64,000 nucleotides of DNA from Nageia nagi (taxonomy: Eukaryota > Plantae > Pinophyta). This document shows positions 27,259 through 41,029 of the stretch, in pieces. The notes beneath the pieces are model-generated. The model worked only from the letters and a program-made list of their open reading frames with translations, was not told the DNA's origin and made no database searches. Positions within the stretch are counted from its first letter, which is position 1; the number at the start of each line of letters is the position of its first letter. The DNA lies in the NCBI GenBank assembly GCA_050084985.1, contig JBITNC010000001.1:80228001-80292000 (forward strand). The letters run 5' to 3'. Made by a program: the position numbers and the translations under genes.

Positions 27259-30200
27259 AAACAACCACTAATTTCATACCTATTAATCACTCAACACAAC
27301 TTATAAGTAATCCTAAGAAATTAATCATAAAACCTAAGGTTGGTCCTTATAATGTGATTAATAATGAAGAGACATGGGATAAGAGATCAATATATTTTAC
27401 TCATTTGTAGTTTTGAGGTTTCAAGTGATATTTAGGAATAAATAAAAGCAAACATATGTTTGATGAAGTATCAAATCACAAGTCCCTAAAATCTCATGAC
27501 CAATCAAGTAGGGAGAAACCTAGTTCAATAAGAGAGTAAGCCTCCTTGTCCACATTCAAATGGATGGTAAAAAGTATAAATAATTACTATTATGAAATAT
27601 TATATTCTATTTTGAATAATTATAATGCTATAAGATATGCTTTTTTGTTTAATTATATGGTCAATAAAAAATAAGATCTAAGATATAATGATTCTCGAAT
27701 AACCCTAGGTTATGAGTAAGCCAAACCCTAAGCATAAATATAAATAATTATTCAAAGTTAAATGATATGTAAGTAATAATACCTATGATGTAAAACAATT
27801 ATAGTTATACTATATCATTAAATTAAATGATATGTATATACAATATTACCAAGACCTTAACATGAAACCCTGAGATGATATTAGCCTAACATGCATATAT
27901 TCCATAAAAATTATACAAATAAGAAAATATATGTTAATTGAAGGGATAAAATTATCTAGTTTGGAATCATGATGTAACTTTAATCTATCAAAAAACATAA
28001 AAAATCAAGTGTTAATAACATAAAATATCAATGGAATAAAACTTACGTCAATCTTCCCAAGGTGGGGTGAGATTCCAATGTTGGAAGGAGAATATCCAAG
28101 GCTCATGTTAATGCCTTTAGGTAATTTCTCTCCATGATGATGTTACTAGTATATTTTCATGCTTAAAAGATATCAAATCTTATCATCTCAAATATAAAAA
28201 TGAAATGAAGATCCCAAAATATATCCCACATGTCTTATTTATAGAAATGATAGTCACAATCGTTCAAGATCATTTGGAATATTATGCAATTTTTTGGATG
28301 ATTAGCTTATGTGTTAGAATTTTGTTATGTTTCATTTTTTTATATCTTATATACATTTTCCTATCTTATCTTACCAATATTTATTTTGGGTGTGTTTATA
28401 GTTTCCCATTTTCACATTGACTTTTGCATGCATACAATACTTTGCACAAAACCTAAAGATAATTTTTTATGTTAAATGTGTTGATTTATTTTGATTTGTT
28501 TGATAATGAGCAATATTAGTTTGATAATATTCAATTATATTTTTCTAACTAAGATGGTGGATGGATGTACACATGCAAACCCACATAATATTAGGAGACA
28601 AATGCTAAATGATCTAAAATATATGATCAATGTAGGATGACCTAGTTTACGGAAATATGTGAAAAATGATTATATTATCACATGATATGCTCAATGATGT
28701 GACCATGATAAGGCTAAATTTTTCCCATGTTTAATGGAAATAAAAAGGATATTTCCCCATGTTAAATGGAAAGAAATAAATGATGTTATTTTTCCTATAT
28801 TGAATGGAAAGAAAAATGATGACAACGCTTATGATATGATCACAACACTAGAATGATAAGCCTTCCCCCATATAATTGTAAGTTAAAGAATATGTATAAG
28901 AAAGATGTTATAATTCAAGGATATATGATGTGTTTCCAACATGCTTGGATATGATGGTATTGATCTTAACTTAAGATATTAAATATATCACCTCTCGAAT
29001 AATGGAATATGGGTGAACAAAATGAAGTAAAAAATATCATTATTGGATGTTAAGTACTCATTAATCATGGATATGATTATATCAAAAATCATCTTTACTT
29101 GATATGTAAGGTTTTTTCTCTCTTTTTTTTCTATTTATGTTATTATATATATATATATATATTTGTGTGTTGTTTTTATACCCAAAAGAAAACACCATGG
29201 TTATATATAGTGCATATGATTATGTACAATGGCTATAATAAGATATATATAGTGATAATTTATAAGGATAATACACACAATATATATAACAATATATGTA
29301 CAAAGTGGGACTATAATTAGACTATGTGCAAAGACATATGTACACATATGGTATGATTTAAAACTAATAAAATAACAAGATTACACATGATCTAAACTTG
29401 ATGAAATATGGTTATTGCTCATTTATTAAGATAGAATATGAGAAAAGAGATTTACCCATATCAATATCATTATCACTTTTTCCAAAGACTATGTTTCCCT
29501 CATAAGTCATGATAGTCAATAATCCATGATCAATCCCCAAGGAATAATTTTAAGGAGACCCAATTTTGATTGTGACACAAGTGGTTACATCGTTAAGGGA
29601 AATGTGGTATATAGATAATGGTAATAACAAAGACTTAAATAGACCTCAAAAATACATGCATATGATTATATATTAAAATAAAGACACATATGATGAAAAT
29701 AAACAATCAATGATAGTGATGAAATATAAGGGAACAAGAAAAACACACACAAGAGACAAAGATAAAGAATGGAGACATGATACAAGATAAAGGCTCACAA
29801 AGCATTATATATAATAAAAATTTAAAATTATATGATAATGAAAAAATGATATATACCACATAATGATACCATACAAATATAGTGCTACCAATATATGATG
29901 ATAAGGAAGTACACGATAAGTCTAGGAGATGAGTGAGTTTATCCTACCTCAAATTCTTACTAGTGAAAATCACAAAAGTGGAGTAGGCTTCATTTTTTAC
30001 TCTTATGATCTCAATATGATAATAGTCTATCTTAGTAAAATAACCAAAGTGATAATTCTCAAATTCCAAGATAAATGATAGGAATAGTGATGATACAAAT
30101 ACAAGGAAGATGAAGAAATTAAAAGGATTAACTCAACTGATAAAATCATAAGATTGTGGTGGCTCCATATTATGATAAGCTTTATCCATATTTGTAGATG

Positions 30201-32369
30201 TATTCACTTAATTTACATTGTGTCTAGAAAAAGGATTATTGAAAATTTCTAAATTTTGATTAAGTGGTTTAATTGGATTTTCTGTTAAGACTCATCAATT
30301 TTCAATAAGATCTTGGATATCATGTTTTAATTGCATGCACCCACTTTTGCTATGTCATCTTTGCCTATTGTATTCATAAAATTCATTTTCTTTGTCTAAG
30401 GTCTTGTTGATGCCATCGTAGTTTCTTTTATTTTAGGAAATGTTAAGATATTTGCTTGAATAACATTTTGCAATGCATCCAATATACGTTCTCCCAAGGG
30501 ATTAGCTTTTTTTTTGTAAAGGTTCTTCCTCATTAAGTTGACCTTTTCCCTTATCCTTAGTTGTTATGGAGGTTGTGTTGCTATGGCTAGTTGTATTTGA
30601 TTAACATTATAAGATAGTTAATTCTTATAGGGCTTTTAATATATTTTTTTATTTCCTCTATTATCCTTATGTTTTTGAGAATTTTTTTATTATTATTCTT
30701 ATCATTCTTCAAATGATTAGGAGTCATTCGGATGACCATAGGTGCACCCAAATATTTCTAAATAAAATGCAAAAATCATAAGTCTTGTGACAATAAAACC
30801 TACCCAAGTACAACATAAACCTATTAGGGGATTGTTTTCACCTAAGAACAAATAATAATCTAAACTAAAATACCAAAATTTGCTTCAAAATTAATAAAAT
30901 TACAAAAATAGGTAAAATCATCATGATACATAACGAATGGATAGCCATTCAAAAAAGTATGCAAAATTACTCTCCAAGTGTACAATTTATAAACAAGATT
31001 GGTTGGTTGTAAGATGATTTGGTTCAAATAATGATTTAGACTTTGAAACATCTAGATCTAGTATTGTACCCTACATGTAATCCTTTTTGCAAAATAGAGA
31101 CACAATGAGCCACTAGAGTTCACCAAAGAATGAGAAAATTCAAAATAAAAGAAACCACAAAAAATAAGTTGGAGGATTAGAAATGACCTTTTGTTCTTGA
31201 AAATTTAGGACCAACAAGGTCCCACTATGACTACCATTTTTGTAATGCCTAATTTCCTACCTATGAATCACTCAACATAATTTATGAACAAATCCAATAA
31301 ACTAACCATACAACTTAAGATTGGTCCCTATAATGTGATTAATAATGAATAAGGTAGGGATGGGAGATTAAGATAATTTTTCATTTTGTAGTTTGAGGGA
31401 TCAAGTAAGATCTAGGCAGACTTGCAAGAAAAAAAATGTTACCTAGGAAGCATCAATTATTAAATCCTTAAGACCTCGTTACCAATCAAGTAGGGAAAAA
31501 CCCTAGCACAAAAGAGAGAAAGCCTTCTTATCCATATTCAAATGGATAATAAAACATAGAAAGAATGCCTATTATTTAAAATGATACGCTCTTTTAACTA
31601 ATGTTCATACTATATGATGTTTTGATATGTTGAATGATATATATACTGAGAAATAGGATGGAAGATAAAATGATTCTTAATAAAACCTAGATTACGAGTA
31701 AATAAAACCCCGAGCATAAATCAAGAAAATGATCTAAAGCCAAATGATATGCTGGTAATAATAACCATTAGGGATCATTTTAGCCATGAATATTCACTAA
31801 TAAGTAAATTTTAGGAATTGCAAAATTGAAAAATGGTGAATTTTTTAGTTTAGAACAGTACCTATGTCGCTAAATTCTTTTATTATTATTATTTTGGGGC
31901 TGGGTCATGAAGTCAAAAATAAATTTTAAATTAAATTATTGTTAATTCACCAATATTTTTAAATAATAACTAACAAAATTTGCCTTGAAATTATAAATTA
32001 TTATTTATTTTTTGATTAAATTGCCCCATATAAATACCTTAATTAAAAAATAAATTTGATATATCCATTTTTATTCTCTTGGATAAATCTTCTTTGTGCA
32101 AGCATGTTAGAAAAGCCTACAGAATCTAAAAAGAGTTTGAATCTATGATAATTGGTAAGATCATATTTTTAATTTTATTATGTTTCATCATTTGAAATTC
32201 ACATCTATCTCTAGATTGTAGCAGATGTCTCTAAACAATCCATAATGCTTCAAATAGTGGCATATGTGACCACATAGTGGCATGTGTTTTAGATGCTATA
32301 ATTCTACCTTTAAAGGTACCAAGGTACTACTAATTGATGGCATTCTACTTCTAATTAGTGGTAAGTTGT

Positions 32370-32590
32370 TACTATCCTATGGCCTGCTATCATTCGATAG
32401 TAACCTACAACCATTTGGTAGCAACCTACAACCACTTAGTAGCAACTTACAACTATTTGGTAGCAACTTGCAACCATTTGGTAGAAACCTACAACCATTC
32501 GATAACAACTTGCTACCACATGGTTGCATACTAAACCAAGTGGTAGTAAAAATGCAACCGCATGATAGCAACCTTTATTGGATGGTAGCT
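32370..32590 (+). repeat. 21-bp quasi-palindromic tandem array, left part of the hAT
   Basis: About 10 units like GGTAGCAACCTACAACCATTT / GATAACAACTTGCTACCACAT. Confidence 0.88.
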
Positions 32591-32639
32591 GATTATTCAA
32601 CATGTATTAAATTTTTTATTCAAATGGTAATTACAAATT

Positions 32640-35300
32640 CTATGGACTCTAAGAATAGTAGTAAAGGGGATGAATAAAGGATATATTATCTTATTTTGCT
32701 AATGGACAATCACAAAATGAAAGTACTCATGAAGCATCTTCAATTGATATAGGTACTTTTCTTAGCTATTATTTTTAACATAAGACTTGAAATTCTAAAT
32801 TTATTAATTTCAATATATGGAAATACATTTTAATTATAATGATATACCACATAATAATAATCATGTTCCTCCTAATTTTGGTCCAATTAATAATAATGAT
32901 AATTTTTAATTTCAAAATGCTTAAAACCCTAATAATCATGTACCACCTAATTTTACTCTAATTGATGTACAACCACTTTTAGTTGAGTACCCTAAATATG
33001 GAACACCTTTACATGATGATAATTCTCCTAACCCTTCTATAGAAAAAATTTCACAAAATGTACAAATAAATCTACAAAAATAATAATGGAAATTTAAAAA
33101 GAAAACATAGTGCGAAATGGACTATTGGAAGAGTTTTTCAAGTTGATTGGGTAGCAACATATTCATTCATTGAACAAATTGATCCTAGTGATGGAAATAA
33201 TCCAACTGAGTGCAAAAGTAAAATATGTTTTTGAGAAACAAAAAGAGAACCTTGAATGCAATTGAAAATAGATACAATACAAAAACATTATGGTAAATTA
33301 TATTACAACAAAATAGATGAGAATGGATAGATAATTAAGTGCTGCAAGGATAAAATTGAAGATGAGTGTAATCACTTACGATATAAAGTATAATATAAAA
33401 GGTACATGAAAGAAAACTAAGATCTACAAGAAAAAGGTGGAACACTAGAAACACATTTTGAAAAAATTACTGATGCAAAAAGGTTAGCAAAATTTACTCA
33501 ATTTTGTACTATATTTTATATTCTTAAACAAGGTAGACCTATTGTAGATTTAATAAATTTTAAAAGTTTATATCAAAGAGTTGGATTACAGAATGTACCA
33601 AAAAAACATTGGTTAGAGACAAGTGCTTGGGAAATAGAAAAATATTTTTCGATGGTTAGGATTGAAAATTTAAAAAATAAAGTTAAAAACTCATAATTTA
33701 TTTCACTATCACTTGATGAATTTATAGCAGTGGACAATACTTTATGGGTTTGTATGCATGTATACACTTTTTAGAATAATTATAGAACACCACATCTATT
33801 GAATGTTCATAAAATGGATGAAAATTATAATGCAAAAAATCTTTACAAGTTAGTTATTTCTAACTTAAAAGATTTTTTTGGAATGTATGATTATGAAATT
33901 GATGCAAAATTGATATGTGTTGGAGTAGATGGTGCATAAGTAATGCAAGGTAATCAAAATGATCTTTGTGTTAGATTATAGACTTTGGTAGCTCCTTATA
34001 TGATTCCCATTCATTGTATGGTACATTGAATGAACCTTGTATATAGAATTCTTAGCACTTTTATAAGTGTATCAAAAGTGGAAGATGTTATTCATGATTT
34101 GCATGCATAGATTGCAAGAAGCCCAAAAAGATATAGAGAGTTTAAAAATTACTTTTTTGGAATAATTGATGGAAATAAAATTTTAAATTATAATGATACA
34201 AGATGGATTTTATCATATGAACCAATAAAAAGAGTTTTTATTGAATATCCCTCTTTAATTGGTCTTATGTATGAACACTGTAATGTGATTGATAAAGCAA
34301 AAGATTTACTATTCCATTTAACAGGTTTTCAAATATTATTGACTTTATGTATAATTATTCCAATGTTATAAGATATCAATACTTTAATGAAACATGCTTA
34401 AGAAAGATCTATATGCATATTTGATTTCATGTCTTTGAGAAAATAAGTATCTTTATCTTTGGATATGCTTTATACAAGTCCAAACAATTTTAAAGGTCCT
34501 CTATTTCAAAGATGGAAAATTTTGACAAATGTTAAACATCCAAATAATTTTTTGAAATTTAACATCAATGATCATCTTTGTATATAGGTGAAAGGAAAGT
34601 TGATACCATTACATGTTCAAAATATGAGAAGGGATTTGGTTGGAGTAAAATATGAAGATGAACCTATAAATCATCTTCTTTTTTTTATAATTGTATTTAT
34701 GAAACACATGTTAATTTCATAAAGATTTGTGCCTTAACCAATAAAATCCATGAACAATTTCAAAGAGATGATTTACTTGAATCTATGGTAGTTTTGAATC
34801 CCAAATTTTGGAATACAGATAATGGTGAACAATTAATTCATGATTTATTTCATAAATACATGGTAATTCTTGGAACACATTTTGGTAAAATTGTAGAAAT
34901 AAATGGATAAAACATTAATGATATTTTAATTAAAGAGTCATTGACAACACAAGCCATCCATTTTGGACTTGCTATGATTGAGAAATACTCTCTATTATTA
35001 GAACCAATAGAAAATGGTGCCATTAAATGTCTTTGGGTGAAACTTAATCCAAGTTCTTATCTTCAAGGTAATATTAGTGAGTATTTTAGGTTATATGAAT
35101 TGTGTCAAATAATAATTTTGGGTTCTATTGAATATTAAAGGGTATTTAATGCTTTATCTTTATTAAATCTAAGATTCAAAATAAATTAGACAAAAGCTTG
35201 GATACATGTATTAGGTTATATGTTTCTTCTTATGCTCAAGATTCTTTTTTGATGTAAAGGGCAATGGATCATTGGTTTTCTGCTACATAATGGAGAGGTG
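32640..35300 (+). pseudogene. hAT transposase (ZNF862/TTF zinc-finger type), decayed
   Basis: RVFQVDW..CKSKIC..KH zinc-finger region (~33130-33290); FISLSLDE (~33700-33720); CVGVDGA*VMQG (~33915-33950); IHCMVH (CxxH, ~34010); DTRW (~34195); C-terminal LGSIEY*RVF dimerisation motif (~35120). Multiple stops and frameshifts. Confidence 0.9.
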
Positions 35301-35639
35301 TAGACAATTGTGAAGAAAATATTCCAACAAAAAATTCCATGCCAACAATAAAAAATTAGAACAAAATAAGTTGTTGAAGGGTTTGAATTTGAAATACCTG
35401 AATAAAACATTTTGTTGAAGGGTTTAAATTTCAAATACTTATAATATTGGATCTTAGATTCTAAAATTTGCTTTGCTAATCAAATTTGTTTCATGTTATT
35501 GTTGACTTATAATTTTAATTAGTATATTTTTTTTCTATGTATGTTATTGTTTAATTTAAATTCAATTAGTATATTTGTATTTTTTTCTAAAATATTTCTT
35601 ACTTGTTATTATTTCCAAATCAACATAAATTTGAATAAC

Positions 35640-36330
35640 TATATAAATTTTAACAAATATAACATTCAACCATAACATTTCAAAGAATCAAATATAACAT
35701 AAGCATAACATTTCTAATATAAAAACAAAATCATAACATTTTAAATATTAAAATAAACTTAACATTTCAAATATAACATATAACATTTCAAATAAATGTA
35801 ACCATAACATTTCAAAAAAAACACAACCATATAACACTTCAAATAAGCATAACCATAACATTCAACTAGAAAATTCAATTACAACATAAATTTGAAATAT
35901 AAGATAACCATTACATAAATTTCAAAGATAATAAAATATAACCATAAAAACTATCAATGTAGTCTAAATCAAACTAGTCTTAACAATAACATAACCATTC
36001 AAATAAGTAGAACCATAACATTGAACTAGAAAATTCAATTACAACATAAATTTGAAATATAATATGACCATCACATAAATTTCAAAGATAGCATAACCAT
36101 CAACGTATTGTAAATGTAAAATAACATAACCATCAAAGTATTCTAAATCAAACATAACCATAGAAAATATCAATGTAGTCTAAACAAAATAGTCTTAACA
36201 ATAACACTAGAAACCATCCAAGTAGTCTAGCAAAAACCATCAAAGTAGTCCAATAGAAAACCATTAAAGTAGTCCAATAGAAACCATCAAAGTAGTCCAA
36301 TAGAAATCATTAAAGTACTAAAAAGTATTA
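35640..36330 (+). repeat. Repeat-rich spacer between the two convergent hAT genes
   Basis: Many AACCATAACATTTCAAA-like motifs; a ~90-bp block repeated at 35841 and 36001; about five 23-24-bp units AGAAACCATCAAAGTAGTCCAAT at ~36208-36318. Confidence 0.8.
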
Positions 36331-36341
36331 AAAGTATCAAA

Positions 36342-39256
36342 TCAATCTAATATTCCTCCCCCTTCTCTTCCTCCTGAACCCTCTAGCTCATCTGATGAAA
36401 GATCGATAAGATCAACAGCTTCAGTAAGATTGAATAATATATTCTTATCTAATGTAGATCCATTATTTGATGAAAGCAAACTTAGATCCATAGTATTTTT
36501 TTCTTTCCATAAGATATTTGGATCAAGTTTATGCTCCTTAATTGTCATTATATAAGCATTATTCATTTTCTTCAATTGGGCCATTTCATCCTTCATTTGA
36601 ATGGCTATTGTGACACTTTTTTTTGTAATTTTCAAATAAATTTTAAACATTTGAACATATTTTAACAATTTATCATACCTATCATACAATCAAATAATAA
36701 TACATAAATCATAAACATGGATATGAAAATATTTTCAAAATATAAACATAAAATATGTAAACATTGAAAGTAAGAAAGCAAATTGTTACCTCAGCTTGTT
36801 CCTTTTTCATCTTCACAATCTCTACCAAATTTTAATCTCTTGACCAAATTTCATAGTAAGCTTGGGCCTCTACATTTAAATTTTCCAAATGGTTACACAT
36901 AATACCTATAATGTTATCATTATATTCACATTGAACATTGACTGAACTTGCTTGTACTTGAGTCATCAAACTTTCTATTTTAGCAAGTTCATTCTCAATC
37001 AATTTGTACAAAGAATTACATTGAGAATGATTATGATAATGGGTATTAATTTCCTTTATCAATGCTTTGTCCCATACTTCCTATGTCTTTAAAATATTGA
37101 CTTTATCTAGGACAACATCATTCAGCTATGCCAATGTAGCATCTAAAACAAGTGTATTCAATGGAAAGTAGGTGAATTCATTTTTCATTTTACCAATAGT
37201 GTCATCCACATTTTGTGAAGGTGTTGTAGTACTTTTTTATTGTGAATGAAAAATAATAACTTGAATCTAACTGATATCATGGGTGTTCAACTATGGATTT
37301 GAACTAGTATCCATCCCTAAATAATCCACATCCAAAGGAAAGTTTCATAAAGCAAGAATACCAACACTTTGTACATCATCCAAATGTATATAAAAAAAGA
37401 AGACATTATTGATAAGTTCACTATTATGTGGCTTATGGAAGGAGCATCTTGTTGTATATTCAAATTTTTTCATGCTCTTCTTATGGAGATTGGAAGTGCA
37501 ATAGGAGGAAGAGTAGGCATGGGTGACCTCCTTTTTTGAGAACTAGATCTGCCACCTATATAAATTTTTTTTAATTATGAAATATGAATTCATTTTTATG
37601 GGATAACAAGTTTATATAAAACAAAATCCAAAACTAGTTACCTGATGGAGGTGTAGTGGATGTAGTTTGAAATGGCTGATTAGGTGAATCTGGAATATCT
37701 TGATCTTCAACTGTGATAACTTAAATAGAAACTAAATGAAAAATTAAAAATATTTAGTATCTATTTATAGACTAAAAGTCAATGTTAAAAATATATAAAT
37801 ATATCACACACATTTTTGTTCATACATCAATAGAATGCTACCACACAAAAATAGAATGCTATCTTGTAACCATATGGTAGTAGGTTGCTACCATGCAATT
37901 GCATCCTACTACCATACATTAGTAAAGTTTAATAAAAAAGATAAAAATAACAAATTTACTATATTACCTCCATTTGTTACATTTTCATCGAAGGATTTTC
38001 TTCTTTAACCACAAAATTTGAATGCCTATCAAGAAAGCTTGTCCTAGGAATAACAACATTTCCTTCTCCTACAACCATAACAATATGTTTAAAATTTAAA
38101 ATAATATAAATAATTTAATAAAAAAATATTAATTAAAATGTAAAATACCCATATTCATTAAACATTTACAAATGGCAGGAGGTGATGCATTCCTTGTCCT
38201 CCTTGTAGAGGATCATCTTAATATTAATGGACTTGAAGTGTTTGTAGACTCATTATCACTAACACCTTCTAGATGAACTCCTCTTAGTGTTTCTTCCCTT
38301 TTCTTTGATGTATTTTTCTATGAGATGCTGAAAAAATATAATTTAGTTAATATTCATAAAATTTTAAACATTCAAACATGTCAACTTAAAATCAAAAATA
38401 AATTTGATTTCTAAATACTTTGATTTCCTTAGTTGATAATGCTAGAGCTATCATTTACAAATCCAATATCATAGGAATTGGAGCTGTATTGATAGCATTA
38501 TGAAAAGCTTCATAATAAAGAGTTAAAATGTAATTTGCACATGATATAAAACTACTATCATTTTGAATGGTAAAAGACACATCATATTTATTTTTGTTTG
38601 AAATATATGAACACTAATCAAATTTTTGACCACTCAACAAACATAGGATGTAAACTATAGACCATAATGGAATGTTTGACATTCTACCTTGTAAAATAAT
38701 TATGGACTAAAAATTCACAATTGCTTTGAAGTAGTGATGGGGGGAGTTTTAGTAACCTATTCCTCTTTGTTTCGATATTTTGCACAAAAAAGATGGAAGT
38801 GATTAATCAATTAACTTTTAGTTATACATTAATATATAAAATTAATTAAAATGAAATTTGAAAAATAACTTACACATTATCGATTTGGATGTGGTAAGTT
38901 TCCTCTAAATACCTTTTGTCTTCTCCAGACAATAGAGCTTTAGAGGTAACTTGGCATTCATCATCACCATGATGTGGTAAATTAGTAAATGACTAATGTT
39001 TGTAACAAAAACTCCAAAGGAAAAGCTTCTTGATTTTGTAAACACATAAAACCTTGCTTCCTTGATATCATAAATGGCCATAAGATAGTCCTAGTAAATT
39101 TGTATCTATTTCAAATTGCAGCATAAAAGAGCCCTCTAAACCTTGTCTAGTCCACCCATTCTGAGTAATATTATGGGGTGAAATAAGATAAAGTACTAGG
39201 GCATGATATATTCTTATAGGAAAATTGATAGTTGGTGGATGATGAAGGTGGGACAT
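36342..39256 (-). pseudogene. Second, intron-containing gene inside the hAT; unknown protein with a coiled-coil-like C-terminus
   Basis: ORF pieces 39068-39256, 36832-37062 and 36342-36689, plus coding-like blocks between short AT-rich introns. Minus-strand splice sites: GT|GTAAGT (38873), TTTTCAG| (38328), TTGTAG| (~38070), GAG|GTAATA (~37967), CAG|GTAACT (~37641), TATAG| (~37556), GAG|GTAACA (~36789). Internal stops are present. Confidence 0.75.
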
Positions 39257-39559
39257 GGTTATAAAAAAGTAAAAACTATGGCTAAAGGTAAAATATTATA
39301 GGAAAAAGCAATGAAATGATAACTCTAACAAGTCAAATTATCTAAAACTACCACTAAAATATTACTTAGTGAAAAAGAAAAGCACATGGCATCTAGTTAT
39401 AGGCTAGAGAAAGGATTTGGGAGGAAAAGAGAGCTCTAGACAAGTGGGGAAAATGATAGAATGAAGAAAATGAGTCATGTAATGTGCATATATAGGTAAT
39501 TCACATGTGGTCCTTGATTTGGAAGTTAAAATGTGGGGGATTTGGTGGAATTGTATAGG

Positions 39560-39865
39560 TTTGCTACAGCAAAAGTTTGCTATCATGTAGACTACTATCG
39601 TACGATGATAAAATGCTACCGTATGATGGTAAGCTACTTCCATATGGTAGCAAGATGTTGTTGTGCAGTAGCAAGCTACTATCATGCAATAGAATACTAT
39701 TGTATGATGATAGACTACTATCTTATAATGGTAAGCTACTTCCATGTGGTAGCAAGTTGTTGTTGTGTGGTAGCAAGCTGTGATCTGCGATAGCAGACTG
39801 CTACTACCCAATAGCAATCTCTTACCATGTGGTAGTAGAAGCTAGCCTAATACCACCTGACGGTA
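39560..39865 (+). repeat. 21-bp quasi-palindromic tandem array, right part of the hAT
   Basis: About 14 units like GGTAGCAAGCTACTACCATGT, the same motif family as 32370-32590. They produce the spurious ORFs at 39404-39817, 39533-39793 and 39577-39783. Confidence 0.88.
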
Positions 39866-41029
39866 GTCTATTATTCCTTTCATCTAATTCACCAAAAAAA
39901 TTATACTTTTTTTTAGTAAATTCAAATTCTCCTTTATGTTTTAGAATTTTTAATTTAAAATCATCTCTACTATGAATCTAATTCACTTCAAATTTTCCAA
40001 GTTAGTTTTAAAAAAGGGCTCTTAAAATGATCTTTGATAACCATGATATCAAATAATTATAGCTCAAATAGATCATCAAATTAAATGATATGGGTATGCA
40101 AGAATACCAAAATTCTAACATGAAACCATAGGATGATATTAGTCTAAATATACCTATATGCCATAAAAATGATATAAATAAGCAAATCTATATTGATTGA
40201 AGGGATATAATTCTCCACTTTAGATGCAAGATGTAACCTAAATTTATCAAAAACTATACAAAATCAAGAATTAATGATACCAAATCTCAAAGGAATAAAA
40301 CTTACCTCAATCTTCACATGTTAAAGTGAAATTTGAAGATTGGAAGGTGAATATCCATGGTGTCAATAGTTTGTTGTCACACTTAAAAGATGTTAGATCT
40401 TATCAACTCAAATCTTTGGATAAAGTGAAAATCCCCAAAACATAGTCTACATATTTTATTTATAGAAAAGACAATTATAGTTGTATAAATGACTATGAGG
40501 TCATTATGATTTTTTGAACAATTATGCAATCATTCAGATGATTAGGTTATGTGTTAGAATCTTTTTTATGCCTAACATTTTTTATTTTTTATATATATCT
40601 TTCTATCTTCTCTTACCAATATATGTTTTTGGGTTGTTTACCACAAATCAAGAAGGAATATCAATATAGGTTTATCAATTAAGCAAATTATTATACCATT
40701 TATGCCCATAAAACTAGAAAATAGATTCCTTTGGTGATTGCAAGCCAAGTCAAAGGATTCATTAATACAAGTAAAAAGTTGATACTATTTATGGTCAGAG
40801 TTTTTAGTCAAACTATTACCATAAAAGGAATGCCAATTGTCCTATATGAATGAATTATATTTTCTATAAAAAGATGAATAAATACCATGCTATTATTTTT
40901 CCTATAGATAAGATTGGAAGAAGACATATAATAAAAAATTCCATGAAGGAATTAGGATCAAGATGTCTTGTAATAAATTCTGATTTAAGTTCTAAGTTTT
41001 AGAGGAGATGTATTGTAATGGAGAGCAAT

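Larger units (their letters stand above)
31769..40036 (+). mobile_element. hAT DNA transposon, 8268 bp, two-gene architecture
   Basis: Perfect 8-bp TSD ATAACCAT (31761-31768, 40037-40044). Imperfect TIRs TAGGGATCATTTT / AAAATGATCTTTG. Removing the element restores an LTR collinear with the uninterrupted copy at ~27780. Confidence 0.95.
27262..40642 (-). mobile_element. Non-autonomous Tat/Ogre-like LTR element (gag fragment only), 5' LTR split by a hAT
   Basis: 27262-28400 is collinear with 31241-31768 plus 40045-40642 (LTR pair). PBS-like TGGTAGTCATAGTGGGAC at 31219-31236 (minus); PPT-like GTGAAAATGGGAAAC at 28401-28415 (minus). gag knuckle remnant EFYEYNRQR*HSKSGCMQLKHDIQDLIEN (~30300-30390). 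No pol motifs in the 2.8-kb interior. No TSD recognised. Confidence 0.78.

Noticed and set aside
32282-32677. Heptad-repeat ORFs (SNLQPFG)n, and similar ORFs at 39404-39817 and 61660-61890
   Set aside because: They are by-products of the 21-bp DNA arrays; those over the first hAT are open in several frames and on both strands.
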